Source: an uncultured Candidatus Binatia bacterium
GTDB lineage: Bacteria; Desulfobacterota; Binatia; UBA9968; JAJDTQ01
Direction: 5' to 3'
Assembly (NCBI GenBank): GCA_965213675.1
Contig: OZ243916.1
Location: 1,440,001 to 1,504,000, forward strand
DNA length: 64,000 bases
Shown here one piece after another: positions 47,886-60,470 of the stretch. Position numbers and translations under genes: made by a program. How positions within the stretch are numbered: the first letter of the stretch is position 1; the number at the start of each line of letters is the position of its first letter. Under the pieces are notes generated by a model that saw nothing but the letters and a program-made list of their open reading frames with translations, had not been told where the DNA came from and searched no databases.

Positions 47886-48737
47886 TCACGCCTGCGCGGC
47901 GGAACGCTGCGCCGACAACAGGGTGTTGGACAACAGCATGCAGATGGTCATGGGGCCGACGCCGCCGGGCACCGGCGAGATCCACGACGCGCGCTCCCGC
48001 GCGGCTTCGAACTCCACGTCGCCCGCGAGCTTGCCGGTGGGCAGCCGGTTGATGCCCACGTCGATGACCACCGCGCCGGGCTTGATCCACTCGCCGCGGA
48101 TGGCGTGGGTCTTGCCCACCGCGGCCACCACCACGTCCGCCCGGCTCACCTCTCCCGCGAGATCCGCGGTGCGCGAATGACACAGCGTGACCGTGGCGTG
48201 CCGTTCCAGCAGCATCAGCGCCACGGGCTTGCCCACGATGTGGCTGCGCCCCACCACCACCGCGTTCCGGCCCTTGAGCGCGCAACCCACGGAGTCCAGC
48301 ATGCGCAGGATGCCCAGCGGCGTGCACGGCCTGAAACCCTCGCCGCCGGAGAGCAGCAGCCCCTGATTCACCGGGTGAAATCCGTCCACGTCCTTGGCCG
48401 GCGACACGGCCTCGAGGATGCGCGCGCCGGCGATGTGGTCCGGCAGCGGCAGTTGCACGAGGATGCCGTGGATGGCGCGATCCTCATTGAGACGGGCGAT
48501 CAGCTCCAGCAGCTCGCGCTCCGGCGCCGACGCCGGCAACAGATGCTCCACCGAGCGGATGCCCACCTCCGCGCACGCCTTCTCCTTGTTGCGCACGTAC
48601 ACCCGCGACGCCGGGTCGTCTCCTACCAGCACCACGCCCAGACCGGGCACCACGCCGTGGTCGTTCCTGAGCTGCTGCGCGCCCGCCCGCACTTCGCCGC
48701 GCACCTGCTGCGCCACCGCCTTGCCGTCGATGATCAT
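47886..48737 (-). CDS. folD: Methylenetetrahydrofolate dehydrogenase/cyclohydrolase
   Basis: [32 protein letters not shown]. Confidence 0.96.
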   Translation of the reverse strand: MIIDGKAVAQQVRGEVRAGAQQLRNDHGVVPGLGVVLVGDDPASRVYVRNKEKACAEVGIRSVEHLLPASAPERELLELIARLNEDRAIHGILVQLPLPDHIAGARILEAVSPAKDVDGFHPVNQGLLLSGGEGFRPCTPLGILRMLDSVGCALKGRNAVVVGRSHIVGKPVALMLLERHATVTLCHSRTADLAGEVSRADVVVAAVGKTHAIRGEWIKPGAVVIDVGINRLPTGKLAGDVEFEAARERASWISPVPGGVGPMTICMLLSNTLLSAQRSAAQA

Positions 48738-48956
48738 CGTGCTGTTGCCTCGATCAGGTTGAGAAAAGCGCCTCACAAAACCGGTAACACGCCCTTGAAA
48801 CGAGGTCAATAAATTGACGTGAAACCGTAGCCGGCGCTTCTTGACACTCCTGGGGTGCTCACGTACCAATTCAATCATGATCACCGGCGTCCCCAAGGAA
48901 TCGAGAATCGAAGAGTGCCGCACGTCATGGCCCCTTGCGGTGGAGGTGTGCTGCGC

Positions 48957-49892
48957 ATGAGACTCGTGACCCGGCCCGATTTCGACGGCATCGTCTGCGG
49001 CTCGCTCATCACCGCGGTGGAAGACATCGAGGCCTTCCTCTTCGTCGAGCCCAAGTTCATGCAGGACGGCGCCGTGGATATACGCGCCGGCGACGTCATC
49101 GCCAACCTCCCCTACCACCCGGCGTGCGCCCTGTGGTTCGACCATCACTTCACCAACGGGGCCGCGGGCTTTGACCGGCCCGTGGTTCCGGGCCGCGGCG
49201 CTTTCCGGCTCGCGCCAAGCGCCGCGCGGGTGGTGTTCGAATACTACACCGAGGTGCCGAGCGCGTCGGCGGCGCGCTACAGCCGGGGCCTCGACCTGAT
49301 GCGCACCAGCCGGTTCACGGCGCTGCTCGAGGACACCGACAAGATCGACGGAGGCTACCTCACGCGGGCCGACGTGCTGCACCCCTCAGGATACGTGCTC
49401 ATCTCCATGACCCTCTACGGCAAGGACGGCGCCGAGGAGCCCTACTGGCGCAGCCTGATCGAGATGATCCGCGACCGCACCCTGAAAGAGGTGCTCCGCG
49501 ATCCCGAGGTCCAGCGGCGCTGCGCGCGGGTCCTGGGCCTTCAGGAACAGCTCCGGCGGCAACTTCTGGAGCACGCGCAACTCCGCGGCAACGTCATCTA
49601 TCTCGACCTGCGCGCCGCCGAGGATCTCACCGACGCCAACCGTTTTCTGCTCTACACGCTGTTTCCGGAGGGGAACATCTCCATGAAGGTCTCGCGCGAT
49701 ACGCAGCGGGCCGACACCACGGCCATTTCGGTGGGCTACAACATCTTCAACACCACATCCAAGGTCAATGTCGGCGACCTGCTCAGCCACTACGGCGGCG
49801 GCGGCCATCGCGTCGTAGGGTCGTGCCGGGTGCCGGACACGGACGCGGAACGCGCCGTGAACGCCATCCTGCGGCACATCACCGAGGCCTGA
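48957..49892 (+). CDS. DHH-family phosphoesterase (exopolyphosphatase/nanoRNase-like)
   Basis: [19 protein letters not shown]. Confidence 0.85.
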   Translation: MRLVTRPDFDGIVCGSLITAVEDIEAFLFVEPKFMQDGAVDIRAGDVIANLPYHPACALWFDHHFTNGAAGFDRPVVPGRGAFRLAPSAARVVFEYYTEVPSASAARYSRGLDLMRTSRFTALLEDTDKIDGGYLTRADVLHPSGYVLISMTLYGKDGAEEPYWRSLIEMIRDRTLKEVLRDPEVQRRCARVLGLQEQLRRQLLEHAQLRGNVIYLDLRAAEDLTDANRFLLYTLFPEGNISMKVSRDTQRADTTAISVGYNIFNTTSKVNVGDLLSHYGGGGHRVVGSCRVPDTDAERAVNAILRHITEA

Positions 49893-49910
49893 CGCAGTCC
49901 GGAGCCTGTC

Positions 49911-50267
49911 ATGCCCGACCCTTCCGCCAGGGGCGTCCAGGTGCTGCGGATCGACCAGGCCCTCGCCGAACTGGCGGCCATCAACGCGGAGATTCGCCAC
50001 AAGGGCTGCATCGAGGGCGACGGCTTCAAGGTGGGGCTGGTCTCGTTCGCGGCCACCTCCACGGCAGACCCGCGGCAGATCGTTCACGACGACAAGGATG
50101 TGGTGTGTCACGTGCTTCGGGGGCGAGGGCGCCTGCGGGCCGGCGGCGCGGTGACGCCGCTGCAAGCCGGCATGCTGTGCCACATTGCCGCGGGCGTGCC
50201 CCACGATTTCGCGGCCGAGGAAGACGACTTGGTGTTGTGCTACTCACTCATCACCACCCGACCCTGA
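49911..50267 (+). CDS. Cupin domain protein
   Basis: VHDDKDVVCHVLRGRG...IAAGVPHDF. Confidence 0.8.
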   Translation: MPDPSARGVQVLRIDQALAELAAINAEIRHKGCIEGDGFKVGLVSFAATSTADPRQIVHDDKDVVCHVLRGRGRLRAGGAVTPLQAGMLCHIAAGVPHDFAAEEDDLVLCYSLITTRP

Positions 50268-50294
50268 CGCAGGGGAAGGAATCGGGTTTCCGAA

Positions 50295-51248
50295 ATGGCC
50301 TTCCTCTGCCTCTCGCGACAATTCGATGGACCCGGCAGGCTTCTGGCATCGTTGGCCGGGTGTGCCCTGGCGCTGCTCCTGGCGGCCGGTTGCGCGGGCA
50401 CGGAACGCACACCCGCGCCGGAACCGCGATACGCCCAGCCGGCGAACCTGGTGGAGATCGTCAGCGAGTTCCAGCGCCTCGGACGCGACGACCTGTACCG
50501 GTTCGAAATTCCCAGGGACGTCACCGGCGCCAGCGTCTTCAAGGCCACCCTGCTGCGGCTGGAGGACTTCGAGCGCAAGCACGGGAACGGCTACCGCGAC
50601 ATCGTGGGGTTCACCCGCGCCGCCGCCTACGAACGGCTGCGGGACTACCGGCGCGCGCTGCGCCACTACCGCGGCGTGGCGCGCGCCGGGGGCGAACTGG
50701 CCGAACCGGCGCGCCGCCGCATCGACGCCCTGGAGACCTTCCAGCGCATCGCCGCCACCGCCCTGCCGGTGGACGATCCCTCCGAGTACATCAAGGCGCT
50801 GGACGAGCGCGTGCGCGCATGGAACGCGTTGATCGAGCGGCACGCGGGCACGCCCCTGGAACCCCTGGCGCGGGTGGAAGCGGAACGCGTCGACCGCGCC
50901 AAGGTCGCCTTCGTGGAACTCAACCGCCGCGGCCTGAACAACGGCGACGAACTCGTCGCCCTGGCCTACAGTGAGCTTCTGTCCCGGCACCGGGAAAGCA
51001 AGAGATATCCTCGCCACGTGCTGGACTTCGCCGACTACCATGCGGGCCTGGCGCGGGAGTACGCGCTGTTGAACGAACCGGAGGGGCTCGCGTTCGACAT
51101 CAAGACCTTCGAAAACTTCGCCCGGTCGGCCATGAAACTCTACGCCGAGGTGGCGCAACAGGACGGCGCACCGGAGAAACTCGAAGCCAACGGCAAGATC
51201 GAGGGCCTGAAAGGGATGATGGAGCAGATGCGGAGGCGCAGCCAGTGA
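50295..51248 (+). CDS. Hypothetical TPR-like lipoprotein
   Basis: Lipobox LAAG-C; helical TPR-like segments (AAAYERLRDYRRALRHY). Confidence 0.7.
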   Translation: MAFLCLSRQFDGPGRLLASLAGCALALLLAAGCAGTERTPAPEPRYAQPANLVEIVSEFQRLGRDDLYRFEIPRDVTGASVFKATLLRLEDFERKHGNGYRDIVGFTRAAAYERLRDYRRALRHYRGVARAGGELAEPARRRIDALETFQRIAATALPVDDPSEYIKALDERVRAWNALIERHAGTPLEPLARVEAERVDRAKVAFVELNRRGLNNGDELVALAYSELLSRHRESKRYPRHVLDFADYHAGLAREYALLNEPEGLAFDIKTFENFARSAMKLYAEVAQQDGAPEKLEANGKIEGLKGMMEQMRRRSQ

Positions 51249-53722
51249 GGATCGCCGCAATGCTGCTGTGCCTGCTCCCGGCACTGCCGGCCGTGGGCGC
51301 GGCTCAGGTCCGGGGCGACGCGCACCCGCGGATGCTGGACCCGCTGCACGGCTTCGAGCCCTTCGTTGCCACGGCCACCGCCGCGCGCTACTTCCCCGAC
51401 GGAATCGAAAAACGCGCGCGCCGCGCGCTGCTCGACGCCCTGGGCCGGCGCGGGTCGGGGCGGAGCGCGCGCGACATCGAGGAGCGGGACCGCGAACTGG
51501 TTGCAGGCGGCGTGAGGCCGAGCGGCCTGAGCCATGCCCTCCAGAATCTGCGCCACGCCGGCCTCGCCGGCCGCGACGCCTACCGGAAGGCGCTGCAAGA
51601 GGCCCTGGAAACCGCCTCCACCGGCGCGCGGCGCCGGTTTCTCCGCGCCCGCCTCGCCGAGGACGAGTTGGAACAGGCCGACGCGCTCGTGGCCGAAAGC
51701 GACATCGGCCGCTGGAATGAACGGCTGAACCGCCTGCTCGGCTCCGTGGATCTGATCGGGTGGGTGTCGGGTTCGTATCTCACCGCCGCCGTGGACACCG
51801 CCCTGGCCGAATTGTTCCGCGGCCGCGAGCCGCGCATGCCCGCCTCCGAGCGCAAGGCCCTGGTCCTGTACAAGCGTTTCCTCGCGCGTTTCCCTGACCA
51901 TCCCCAAGGCGACGCAGTGCAGCAGAAGGTCGCCGCCCTGGAAGCCAAGAAGACCGTCGTGTGGCTCCACCGGCACGATGCCCGGGCGGCCCCGGCATTG
52001 GCGGAAGGCCGGATCGACGACGCCGCGCTCCATGCCCGGCTGGCGGCCGCGGCGGCGCCGGAGGCCGCAGCCGTGAAGGAGCGGCTCCGGGAGATCGCAG
52101 CGGCGCGGCAGGCGCGCGACAAGGCGCGCCGTCAGGTCCACGCCGTGGCCGAGACGGACGACCTTGCCGGGTTGAATGCCGGGCAACGGAAGGACATTCG
52201 CGCGCTGCTCCACGCCCTGGTCCGGAAGGACGCCGCCGCGGCGCGGAAACAGGCGGAGACAATGGCGCGGCGCTACGCCGGCGAACGCCTGGAGGCCCTC
52301 GCCCGGGACGTCGCCGCCGTGGTCCTGGAGATGGAAGGCCGGCACGCAGACGCCAAGCGTACGCTCGCGGGCATCGCGCGCGCTGCGCCTTCCCAGCGCG
52401 CCCGCGAACGCGCGCGCATCCTGCTCGACAGTCCGGAATACAACCTTCGCGGCGCCCTGGACCGGGAACACGCGCGCTACCGCCTTTCGCAGGTGCGGTT
52501 CGCGCTCCTGGGAGAGAACTTCCTGGAAAAGAACGCCTTGATCGGGGCCGCGCCCATCATCACTCACGGGATCGCCGGGGCCGCCACGCTCGGCGCCGCC
52601 AACATGCTCATGGTGACGAGCAATCTACTGGAGATGCTCAGCGGCAATCCCGTGTCCAACCAGTCCGTGGTCGACGCAGCCGCCCGCGCCGTCCGCGCCC
52701 GGCCCGAGTCCGAGGAATCGGGAGACATCTACCAAGCGCTGGGCGACGCTTACAGCAGCCAGGGGCACCCGCACAAGGCGGTCCAGTACTACCACCTTTC
52801 CGGGACGACACCGGCGGACGAGATCCGGAAACTGGAGGAACAGGCCGCACGGACATTGGTGCGCGCCGCCGAGGGGACCGACGTCAAGGCGCGCCAGCGG
52901 TCACTCTACGCGGCGGTGCTGGCACGCTACCCCGAAACGCCCGCCGGCAAGGAGGCCAAGGGCCGGCTCGCGCGCCTGGCGGCGCCGGAGAATCGCGGGC
53001 TTCGGCTCAGCAAACAGTACCTTGCGGACAACCCCCGCCTGCACGGCCCCGAGGCATTGGGACTCAAGCCGGCTCTGTTCGACGGCAGCGTCCGCAACCT
53101 GGAGTTGTCCGAAGCCGGCGTCAACATCCTGGGCCGCGACGCGATCCTGCTGCACTACGACACCCCCTGGGGCGCGCTCACCCGCACCTACCCGGTGGCG
53201 CGGTCGCGCATCGAAGGCCTGGAGACACTGCTGCGGGAGAAACGCTACGCAATGGCCGCGCGCGCGGCTGGCGCCCCGGTGGGAGCGGAGGAGGTCGGGG
53301 TTTTCCCCGAGGACCTGATGCGCTTCGCGCCGCGCGAGCCGGAGGCCGACGCCTCCGACCTGGAGTTCATCCGCGAGACCGGCCGTGTCGCCCGCGACCG
53401 TTCCGCCATCCTCGACCATGAGATCCTGAGCGCAAAGGAGATCGACCCCCAGCGCGCCTACGGCCTGCCCGCGGTGCGCGGCAGCGTCACCGCCACGGGC
53501 GTCAGCGTACGCGCCGACGCGCCCGACTCCTTCCTGGCCGACGAGCTGATGGTGGGTAACGACGCCGTCAGCCCCTACGCCGGCTTCCGTCTGCCCGTGC
53601 CCCTCATCAAGGACTTCGTCCCCGTGGACTTCCTGCTCCGCGCCCGCCCCGGCCTCCCCTCCCTCACTCCTCAGATCCGCAATCCGGACACGTCGTTGGA
53701 CGACCTCCACCTGTATCGGTAA
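51245..53722 (+). CDS. Large exported TPR-like hypothetical protein (825 aa)
   Basis: GTG start overlapping the upstream stop; signal peptide; FLARFPDHP, LGDAY...KAVQYY and LARYPETP TPR-like motifs. Confidence 0.7.
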   Translation: MRIAAMLLCLLPALPAVGAAQVRGDAHPRMLDPLHGFEPFVATATAARYFPDGIEKRARRALLDALGRRGSGRSARDIEERDRELVAGGVRPSGLSHALQNLRHAGLAGRDAYRKALQEALETASTGARRRFLRARLAEDELEQADALVAESDIGRWNERLNRLLGSVDLIGWVSGSYLTAAVDTALAELFRGREPRMPASERKALVLYKRFLARFPDHPQGDAVQQKVAALEAKKTVVWLHRHDARAAPALAEGRIDDAALHARLAAAAAPEAAAVKERLREIAAARQARDKARRQVHAVAETDDLAGLNAGQRKDIRALLHALVRKDAAAARKQAETMARRYAGERLEALARDVAAVVLEMEGRHADAKRTLAGIARAAPSQRARERARILLDSPEYNLRGALDREHARYRLSQVRFALLGENFLEKNALIGAAPIITHGIAGAATLGAANMLMVTSNLLEMLSGNPVSNQSVVDAAARAVRARPESEESGDIYQALGDAYSSQGHPHKAVQYYHLSGTTPADEIRKLEEQAARTLVRAAEGTDVKARQRSLYAAVLARYPETPAGKEAKGRLARLAAPENRGLRLSKQYLADNPRLHGPEALGLKPALFDGSVRNLELSEAGVNILGRDAILLHYDTPWGALTRTYPVARSRIEGLETLLREKRYAMAARAAGAPVGAEEVGVFPEDLMRFAPREPEADASDLEFIRETGRVARDRSAILDHEILSAKEIDPQRAYGLPAVRGSVTATGVSVRADAPDSFLADELMVGNDAVSPYAGFRLPVPLIKDFVPVDFLLRARPGLPSLTPQIRNPDTSLDDLHLYR

Positions 53723-53739
53723 GCTTGGCGCACCAAACG

Positions 53740-53903
53740 CAAGTGTCGTGTCCCGTAAATTACTGCGACAAGTTGCGCAGGATTTTTGTTGCGTGCAAGG
53801 CGCGATGACGAGCAGTGGCGGACACCACGCGAGGAAGCGCCACGCAGCCGACGGCGAAAAAGACCCGCAAATTATCGCGATAATTTACGGGACACGACAC
53901 CAG
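53740..53903. mobile_element. MITE family B, copy 2
   Basis: TIR GTGTCGTGTCCCGTAAATTA...TAATTTACGGGACACGACAC; core matches the reverse complement of 9340-9415. Confidence 0.8.
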
Positions 53904-53935
53904 GACCGTTTCAGCGCAAACCGCAGGAGGAAACC

Positions 53936-54328
53936 ATGAGAACCGAAATTGCGCCCAAGAGCATTCCCGACCCCCGCCCGCGCTACACCCAGGGCATCCT
54001 GGCGGAAGGCAAGCGCCTGCTCTTCATCGCCGGCCAGACCGGGGTGGACGCCGACAACAACGTCGTCGGCAAGGGCGACGCCGGCGCCCAGGCCGAACAG
54101 GTCCTCAAGAACATGAAGGCGGTGCTCGACGAGGCCGGCGCCAGCTTTGCCGACATCGTCAAGATCACCACCTACATCACCGACCCGCGCTTTCGCGACG
54201 CCCTCACGCCGGCGCGAAGCAAGTACTTCGGCGCCAACCCGCCCGCCAGCACCCTGGTGGTGGTCAGCGGCCTCGCCAGCCCCGACTACCTCGTGGAGAT
54301 CGAAGCCATCGCGGTACTGCCGGACTGA
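53936..54328 (+). CDS. RidA family protein
   Basis: YTQG, FIAGQ, PASTLVVV, VEIEAIA. Confidence 0.9.
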   Translation: MRTEIAPKSIPDPRPRYTQGILAEGKRLLFIAGQTGVDADNNVVGKGDAGAQAEQVLKNMKAVLDEAGASFADIVKITTYITDPRFRDALTPARSKYFGANPPASTLVVVSGLASPDYLVEIEAIAVLPD

Positions 54329-54377
54329 TCCGCCTCCCGTCGCGGATCATTGCGGAGGTGTTGGAAAAACGGGCCGT

Positions 54378-54411
54378 GCTCCTGGATCAAGGGCAACCTT
54401 GATCCAGGAGC
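54378..54411. terminator. Perfect 15-bp hairpin with GCAA tetraloop between convergent genes
   Basis: GCTCCTGGATCAAGG-GCAA-CCTTGATCCAGGAGC; no T-tail. Confidence 0.5.
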
Positions 54412-54419
54412 CTGTCAGG

Positions 54420-55586
54420 TCACGGCTTGACGATCAGCGACGGCTCCTCCGCCGCCTCCTGCTTTTCCTGTTCCTTGAACAGGCCGACGCTGCGCATCAC
54501 GAGGGCTTCGAGCAGCGGCGCGCCAAGGTTTCCGAGGTCGCGGCGGCGGATGGCCAGGGCGACGCGCAGGGTCTGCCGGGCCTGGTCTTCCCGGCCGGAG
54601 GCGTGGAGGTGAAGGGCGGCGTCCGCAAAGCGGGCTTCGAAGACTGGCGCGGTGTCATCGGTGAGGAAGATGCCCTGGACGGCCTCCCGCAGGACCCCCC
54701 GGAAACGCTCTTCCTTCTGCATGGGGTTGAGCACGATTCGGCTCTGCTCGGTCTCGTCCAGGCGCGAGAGCCAAGGCTCCACCAGTTCCTTGTCCACGAA
54801 CCATGTGCGCAACTCCGCGTCTTCCAGGAGCTTGTCGGAGACTTCCGAGAGGGCGACGGCTTCGACACCTTGGGCGTTCATGGCATCGAAGACCGGATGG
54901 GCGCGCTCGGCGGGCTTGACGGTGGTGAGGCGGCTGCGCAGGACGGGATAGTCTGTGACCCCCTCGCCCGGCGTGTCCTTCACCTTCTGGTAGGCGTCGT
55001 GCACCAGCCAGTCGGCGTACTCCCACGGCACCGGCGTGACGGAGACGCCCACCTCGGCCTTCATCTCCTCCATCATCTGTCGCAACTCCTTGCGCCGGAT
55101 GACGGTGCCGCCCAGCCGTTCGAGTCCGCGGCGGTCGTTCAGGGCCGCCTGCAACACCATGAGTCCGCCGAGTTGCGGGCGCGCCAGCATCACCATGCGG
55201 GAGCCGGCTCCGGTGACGGAGGAAAGGTAACCCTCTATCTCCGGGGCGAGGCTGAAGGTCGTACCGGTCGCCTCCCCCTGCGCTGCCTCCGGCTCGGCCG
55301 CCGCCAGGCCGGCCTGAGCCAGCTTGAACAACGAGCGGCGGATCTCGCGCCGGACTTCCTTGTGGCCCGCGCGCGGCTCCAGAACCTTGAGCGCATCCAC
55401 CGATGCGGCGTCGCGGATGCGGCCCAAGACGTTGGCAGCCGCCAGGGAAACCGCGGGGTCGGGGCCGAACCGTTGAACCAGCGCTTCCACCACGGTCGCG
55501 TCCGGCGACTGGGTCGCCAGTCCTTCCTGCCGCAGCACGTTCATGCCGTCGCGCATGAGCTTCTGTCGCGGATTCTGCTTGGCCAT
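54420..55586 (-). CDS. Hypothetical protein with a HEAT-like N-terminal region
   Basis: AANVLGRI...KEVRREIRRSLFKL; C-terminal SLIVKP; host-like codon usage. Confidence 0.7.
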   Translation of the reverse strand: MAKQNPRQKLMRDGMNVLRQEGLATQSPDATVVEALVQRFGPDPAVSLAAANVLGRIRDAASVDALKVLEPRAGHKEVRREIRRSLFKLAQAGLAAAEPEAAQGEATGTTFSLAPEIEGYLSSVTGAGSRMVMLARPQLGGLMVLQAALNDRRGLERLGGTVIRRKELRQMMEEMKAEVGVSVTPVPWEYADWLVHDAYQKVKDTPGEGVTDYPVLRSRLTTVKPAERAHPVFDAMNAQGVEAVALSEVSDKLLEDAELRTWFVDKELVEPWLSRLDETEQSRIVLNPMQKEERFRGVLREAVQGIFLTDDTAPVFEARFADAALHLHASGREDQARQTLRVALAIRRRDLGNLGAPLLEALVMRSVGLFKEQEKQEAAEEPSLIVKP

Positions 55587-56002
55587 CGTGTACTCTTGCC
55601 ACACGGGAGCGCGTTTTCCAACGAGCGAACGCCAGGACTCGCTGGATGCCCCGGCGATCGGCAATGCGGACTCGAACACGCCCACCCTGTGCGCGATCAA
55701 GTATTGACTTGCCTTGCCCTGCCCGCTAATTCAGATGGAGCAACGGACGCAACGCAGCCCCTGATCCTTTCTTCGCGCTTCCGCAATTTCCGAGCGAGCT
55801 TCCCGAGCGGGCGCCGCGCTCGCCGCGGATGCGGTAGCAGCGCACCCGACGCCGTGACCGGCGCCATGACTCCTCCCGCCCGGTCCCAACGCATTGGGAG
55901 ACCCCAGCGGTCGGTCCAGGGCGAGCCTGCCGGCCGCGGAAGGATGCAAGGGCGGGCCAGACTCCCAGACAAACACCCTCAACGCTTTTCCAGGAGGCAC
56001 CC

Positions 56003-56791
56003 ATGGCAGACGGCACCATCGAACAGACCACCGCAGACGGCATCTCGATCATCGAGCTGAACCACCCGCCGGTCAACTCGTATACGCACGAGATGTTGCG
56101 CGAGCTGGACGACGCGCTCATCAAGGCGCGTTTCGACGACGACACCCACGTCATCGTCCTCACCGGCAAGGGCGACAAGTTCTTCTCGGCGGGGGCCGAC
56201 ATCAACATGCTCGGCAGCCAGACCCTGTCCTACAAGGCCAACTTCGCGCTGCACGGCCACGAGGTGCTGATGCGCATGGAGAACACCCCCAAGCTGGTGA
56301 TCGCGGCCATGAACGGCCACGCCATCGGCGGCGGCCTCGAAATCTCCATGGCCGCGGATATCCGCATCGCCAAACGGGACGGCGGCCGGGTGGGCCTGGC
56401 GGAAGTGAACCTGGGCGTCATGCCGGGCATGGGCGGCACCCAGCGCCTGCCGCGCCTGGTGGGCCGGGCAAAGGCCCTGGAGCTGTGCGCCACCGGCAAG
56501 CAGGTGGCTTACGATGAAGCGCTGGACATGGGCCTCGTGCATTACATCTACGAACGCGACACCTTCCTGCAGGACGTCATGGCCTACGCGAAGCAGTTCG
56601 TGCCGCCCAACAAGGCGAGCATGGCCGTGGGCAAGATCAAGCGCGCGGTCCACGCGGGAATCGATATGCCGCTGCCCGAGGGGCTGGCGTTCGAACGCGA
56701 GGTGCTCACCCAGACCTTCGCCAGCGAAGACGGCAACGAGGGCGTGGCGGCGTACCTCGCCAAACGCACGGCCAAGTTCCAGGGTCTTTAG
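56003..56791 (+). CDS. Enoyl-CoA hydratase/isomerase
   Basis: [32 protein letters not shown]. Confidence 0.93.
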   Translation: MADGTIEQTTADGISIIELNHPPVNSYTHEMLRELDDALIKARFDDDTHVIVLTGKGDKFFSAGADINMLGSQTLSYKANFALHGHEVLMRMENTPKLVIAAMNGHAIGGGLEISMAADIRIAKRDGGRVGLAEVNLGVMPGMGGTQRLPRLVGRAKALELCATGKQVAYDEALDMGLVHYIYERDTFLQDVMAYAKQFVPPNKASMAVGKIKRAVHAGIDMPLPEGLAFEREVLTQTFASEDGNEGVAAYLAKRTAKFQGL

Positions 56792-56954
56792 GGACACTCG
56801 CATCCATGGAAACCGCGCCTTTCGCCAAGAACGCGCCCCGTGAACACCAAGGGCGCCCATGGAGCGGAGATTCCCTGGAAGACAACAGGGTCCTCTCTCG
56901 GCGACGCGGCCAAGCGACCGGCCCACACACACAACAACCATCCGGAGGTATCGA

Positions 56955-58412
56955 ATGTCCAAGCTGTTGATCGGCGGCGAGCTCGTCGACCCCGTGAAGA
57001 AGGAAACCTACGAAGTACGCAACCCGGCCACGGGCGCATTGGTGGACCACGCGGCCAAGGGATCCGAAGAGGACGTCCGTCAAGCCGTGGACGCCGCCGA
57101 GGCGGCTTTCAGGCAATGGTCCGACACCACCGCGGAGGACCGCGGCAAGGCGCTGGAGAGCGCCTGTGAACTGATCCAGCAGCGCAGCAAGGACATCGCG
57201 CAGCTCTTGACCCAGGAGCAGGGCAAGACCCTGTTCGAGGCCGGACTGGAGATCCACCACCTGATCCATGGCCTGGAGTTCTACGCGGGGCTCGCTTCCA
57301 AGGTGCGCGGCTCCCACGTGCCGCTGCCGCAGAAGAACGCCTACGGCATGGTGGTGCGCCAACCCATCGGCGTGTGCGGCGCCATCGTGCCGTGGAACTT
57401 TCCGCTGACCCTCATGGGCACCAAGGTGGGGCCGGCGCTGGCCGCGGGCAACACCATCATCGTGAAGCCCGCCTCCACGACGCCGCTGGCCACGGCCCTG
57501 TGCATGGAGTTGATCGCGCAGGCCACCTACGCCGGCGGCAAGAAGAGCCTGCCTGCGGGCACGGTGAACTTCGTCAGCGGACCGGGCGGCTCGGTGGGCG
57601 AGGAACTGCTGGCGAACCCGCGCATCCGCCGCATCGCCTTCACCGGCTCCACCCCCATCGGGCGCCACGTCATGGAAGTGGCCGGCCGGGAGATCAAGCG
57701 GGTCACCCTGGAGCTGGGCGGCAGCGACCCCATGATCGTCATGGAAGACGCCAACGTCGACCTGGCGGTGAAGATGGCGGACATCGGACGCTACTTCAAC
57801 TGCGGCCAGATGTGCCTGGGGGTCAAGCGGTTGTTCGTGCACGAGTCCGTCGCCGACGACTTCGTCGGCAAGCTCGCCGCGGCGCTGCAGAAGAAGACCG
57901 TGGGCGACGGCATGAAGAAGGAGAGCCGCATGGGGCCGCTCCATGTCGGCTACCAGCGCACCGAGGTGGAGGAGCAGGTGGAGGACGCCAAGGCGCGCGG
58001 CGCCAAGGCGGTGGCGGGCGGCGCCCGGCCGGAAGGCGACGAGTTCCGGAACGGTCACTTCTACCTGCCGACGCTGCTCACCGACGTACCCGACGACGCG
58101 CGCATCGCCACCGAGGAGTGCTTCGGCCCGGCCCTGCCGGTGTTTACCTTCAAGGACATCGACGAGGCCATCGAGCGCGCCAACGCCTCGGAGTTCGGTC
58201 TGGGCTCGTCCATCTGGACCAGCAACATGGGCTATGCCAACAAGGCCATCGACAGGCTCGAAGCGGGCAACGTATGGGTCAATTCCCTCCACTACGGCTA
58301 TGACGAATTGCCCTTCGGCGGCGTCAAGTCCAGCGGCGTGGGCCGCGAGCACGGACCGGAGGCCCTGGACTACTACCTCGAGCCCAAGGGCGTGGTGGTG
58401 GTCAACGTCTAG
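56955..58412 (+). CDS. NAD(P)-dependent aldehyde dehydrogenase
   Basis: PWNFP, FTGS, LELGG, GQMC, EECFGP, PFGGVK. Confidence 0.95.
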   Translation: MSKLLIGGELVDPVKKETYEVRNPATGALVDHAAKGSEEDVRQAVDAAEAAFRQWSDTTAEDRGKALESACELIQQRSKDIAQLLTQEQGKTLFEAGLEIHHLIHGLEFYAGLASKVRGSHVPLPQKNAYGMVVRQPIGVCGAIVPWNFPLTLMGTKVGPALAAGNTIIVKPASTTPLATALCMELIAQATYAGGKKSLPAGTVNFVSGPGGSVGEELLANPRIRRIAFTGSTPIGRHVMEVAGREIKRVTLELGGSDPMIVMEDANVDLAVKMADIGRYFNCGQMCLGVKRLFVHESVADDFVGKLAAALQKKTVGDGMKKESRMGPLHVGYQRTEVEEQVEDAKARGAKAVAGGARPEGDEFRNGHFYLPTLLTDVPDDARIATEECFGPALPVFTFKDIDEAIERANASEFGLGSSIWTSNMGYANKAIDRLEAGNVWVNSLHYGYDELPFGGVKSSGVGREHGPEALDYYLEPKGVVVVNV

Positions 58413-58491
58413 GGACGTCCGGGTCCCGCCGCCCTGAACGGGTGCCACTGCGACGCGGCGGCACCCGTTTTCGCGTGAACGCGAGCCGCCG

Positions 58492-60276
<1,785 letters not shown>

Positions 60277-60470
60277 GCGACGCACCGACCCCGCACGGAC
60301 AGCACCTTCCAGGGTTCGAGGGGATCACCCGCCCTGCGGCCTTTTTCCAGGCTTCCGGTCATCGCGCTGCGAATTCGGAAGTCCCGGTCCGGTGAGTCTT
60401 GACACAGCCCGTTCCGCGGGCAACGGCGAACGCGGGAACGGCTGTTCCGTGTTCGTCGCGGCGCGGTGAA

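Noticed and set aside
48805-48818. FNR/CRP-like palindrome GTCAATAAATTGAC
   Set aside because: Half-site orientation is opposite to FNR (TTGAT-N4-ATCAA); more simply explained as back-to-back -35 elements of divergent promoters
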